Shown here piece by piece: positions 63,048 through 64,000 of a stretch of 64,000 nucleotides of DNA; position 1 is the stretch's first letter; each line of letters opens with the position of its first letter. The stretch covers positions 928,001 to 992,000 of the forward strand of contig BK006938.2 of NCBI GenBank assembly GCA_000146045.2, read 5' to 3'. A program made the translations under genes and the position numbers. The DNA is from TPA_inf: Saccharomyces. Taxonomy: Eukaryota. The notes under the pieces are model-generated. The model saw only the letters and a list, made by a program, of their open reading frames with translations. It searched no databases and was not told where the DNA came from.

Positions 63048-64000
63048 ATGAAGGTCGTGCTTATTGTTCAATTGAATCGGTTCAGTAGTTGATTTACTGA
63101 TGGAATCGTTGTCCGTGCTGGGAGAGTTATTAGATGTGGATACATTGTGAGCCCTGGCTGTTTTCGATTTCGAATTATTTGTTTTTTGAGGATTCCGAGC
63201 TATAACTTTGGGTTTGGTTGTATTCGTATAGCTGCGAGAATCATTCTTCTCATCACTCGGATTTCTCCTGTAATTAGGTTTACTGTTTCTCGATCCCTGT
63301 TGTTCTTCATAAATAGCATGGATATCTAAGAACAGTTCAGCGACTGTCATATTTAGATGTCGATGACGTGTGTAGCGTAAAAATTTATATTCGCCAGATA
63401 GACCTCTCATAATTAATTGGCATGCGACCTTGTTATTGATATGAATGCCATTATTGTTCAGTCTGTCGATAATGTTTGTGACTTTTGTTTCAAATGCATC
63501 TGCAGGTGTACTGCCATTATATTGCAAATTTGCCAGGGTCACAATGTCGTTTGCCTCTTGGGTATCAGATTGCATTTTTTCAATACTTTTGGAAAGAATT
63601 TTCATGATATCCGTATAATCAACGGATAGGATGTCTTTGACCCAGGTAGGTAGGAATTGAGAGGGAGCAAATATTTGAAAAGTGTTATACAAGAAGGTGA
63701 GTTCATCATCAGTGATCTGACGTACGGGTTTTCCGTTTACTGTCGGAATAATACCACCGAGATTCGAGTTTTGTAAAAATTTGATGTATGTTTTAACCCA
63801 ATTTGGAAAGTCATTAGGTGAGGTTAACATTGGTGGTGGTCTGACATATTTTTTAGTGGATGTCATATCAGAGTCCGCTGAGGATGAATCAGTAAATGTA
63901 TTACCTGACTCAGGTGATGGAGTGCTCAGAGGCGTTCCAACTGATGATGGATACTGCGGAAACTGTGATTGTGGCCCAGGTGGAAAGTACATAGGCGACA
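63027..64000 (-). CDS. Ty1 TYA (Gag), C-terminal 321 codons in window (N-terminus beyond 64000)
   Basis: Ty1-type Gag translation ending ...[13 protein letters not shown]. Confidence 0.88.

Larger units (their letters stand above)
59150..64000 (-). mobile_element. Ty1 retrotransposon, reverse orientation; 3' LTR at 59150-59483, body continues past window end
   Basis: Reverse-complement LTR TGAGATATATGTGGG...TTTTTATTCCAACA followed by the polypurine tract complement TACCACCC. Gag (63027->64000) is Ty1-type (...[30 protein letters not shown]...). Confidence 0.92.

Overview
This window is nuclear DNA from Saccharomyces cerevisiae, chromosome IV right arm, collinear with the S288C interval YDR232W to YDR261C-D. 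I identified it by recognising nearly every long ORF as a well-known yeast protein.

Part 1 - what is here:
- About 30 protein-coding genes in order: HEM1 (3' part), RTN1, LYS4, PRP42, FMN1, MRPL7, SEC26, YDR239C, SNU56, AMD2, PRP28, PEX5, MNN10, TRS23, VHS1, YDR248C, YDR249C, PAM1, BTT1, MET32, CHL4, RMD5, CTA1, RKM4, HSP78, YAP6, SWM1 and EXG2.
- Two Pol III genes, each with retrotransposon material upstream: an intron-containing tRNA-Tyr(GUA) and a tRNA-Ser(AGA).
- Upstream of tRNA-Tyr: a Ty3 sigma LTR 16 bp away with a perfect 5-bp target-site duplication, plus a diverged solo Ty1/Ty2 delta.
- Upstream of tRNA-Ser: a full-length Ty2 (plus strand, 5959 bp, TSD CGTCT) lying tail-to-tail, 20 bp apart, with a Ty1 (minus strand, running off the window end).

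Part 2 - what is worth a second look:
- The Ty2 inserted into a short pre-existing delta fragment.
- The Ty1 carries a roughly 0.43-kb internal deletion that truncates its Pol reading frame in RNase H.
- Several promoter motifs are directly readable:
  - a heat-shock element upstream of HSP78;
  - an oleate-response element plus Adr1 site upstream of CTA1;
  - a Cbf1 plus Met31/32 motif pair between MET32 and CHL4;
  - a GATAA cluster upstream of AMD2.
- There are also trinucleotide and dinucleotide microsatellites and several low-complexity proteins.

I see no evidence of a novel or undescribed system. Everything is explained by canonical yeast genes plus Ty/LTR/tRNA biology. The most accessory-like part is the Ty hotspot at 51-64 kb. 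All calls are from reading the sequence and from memory of protein families; no searches were run.
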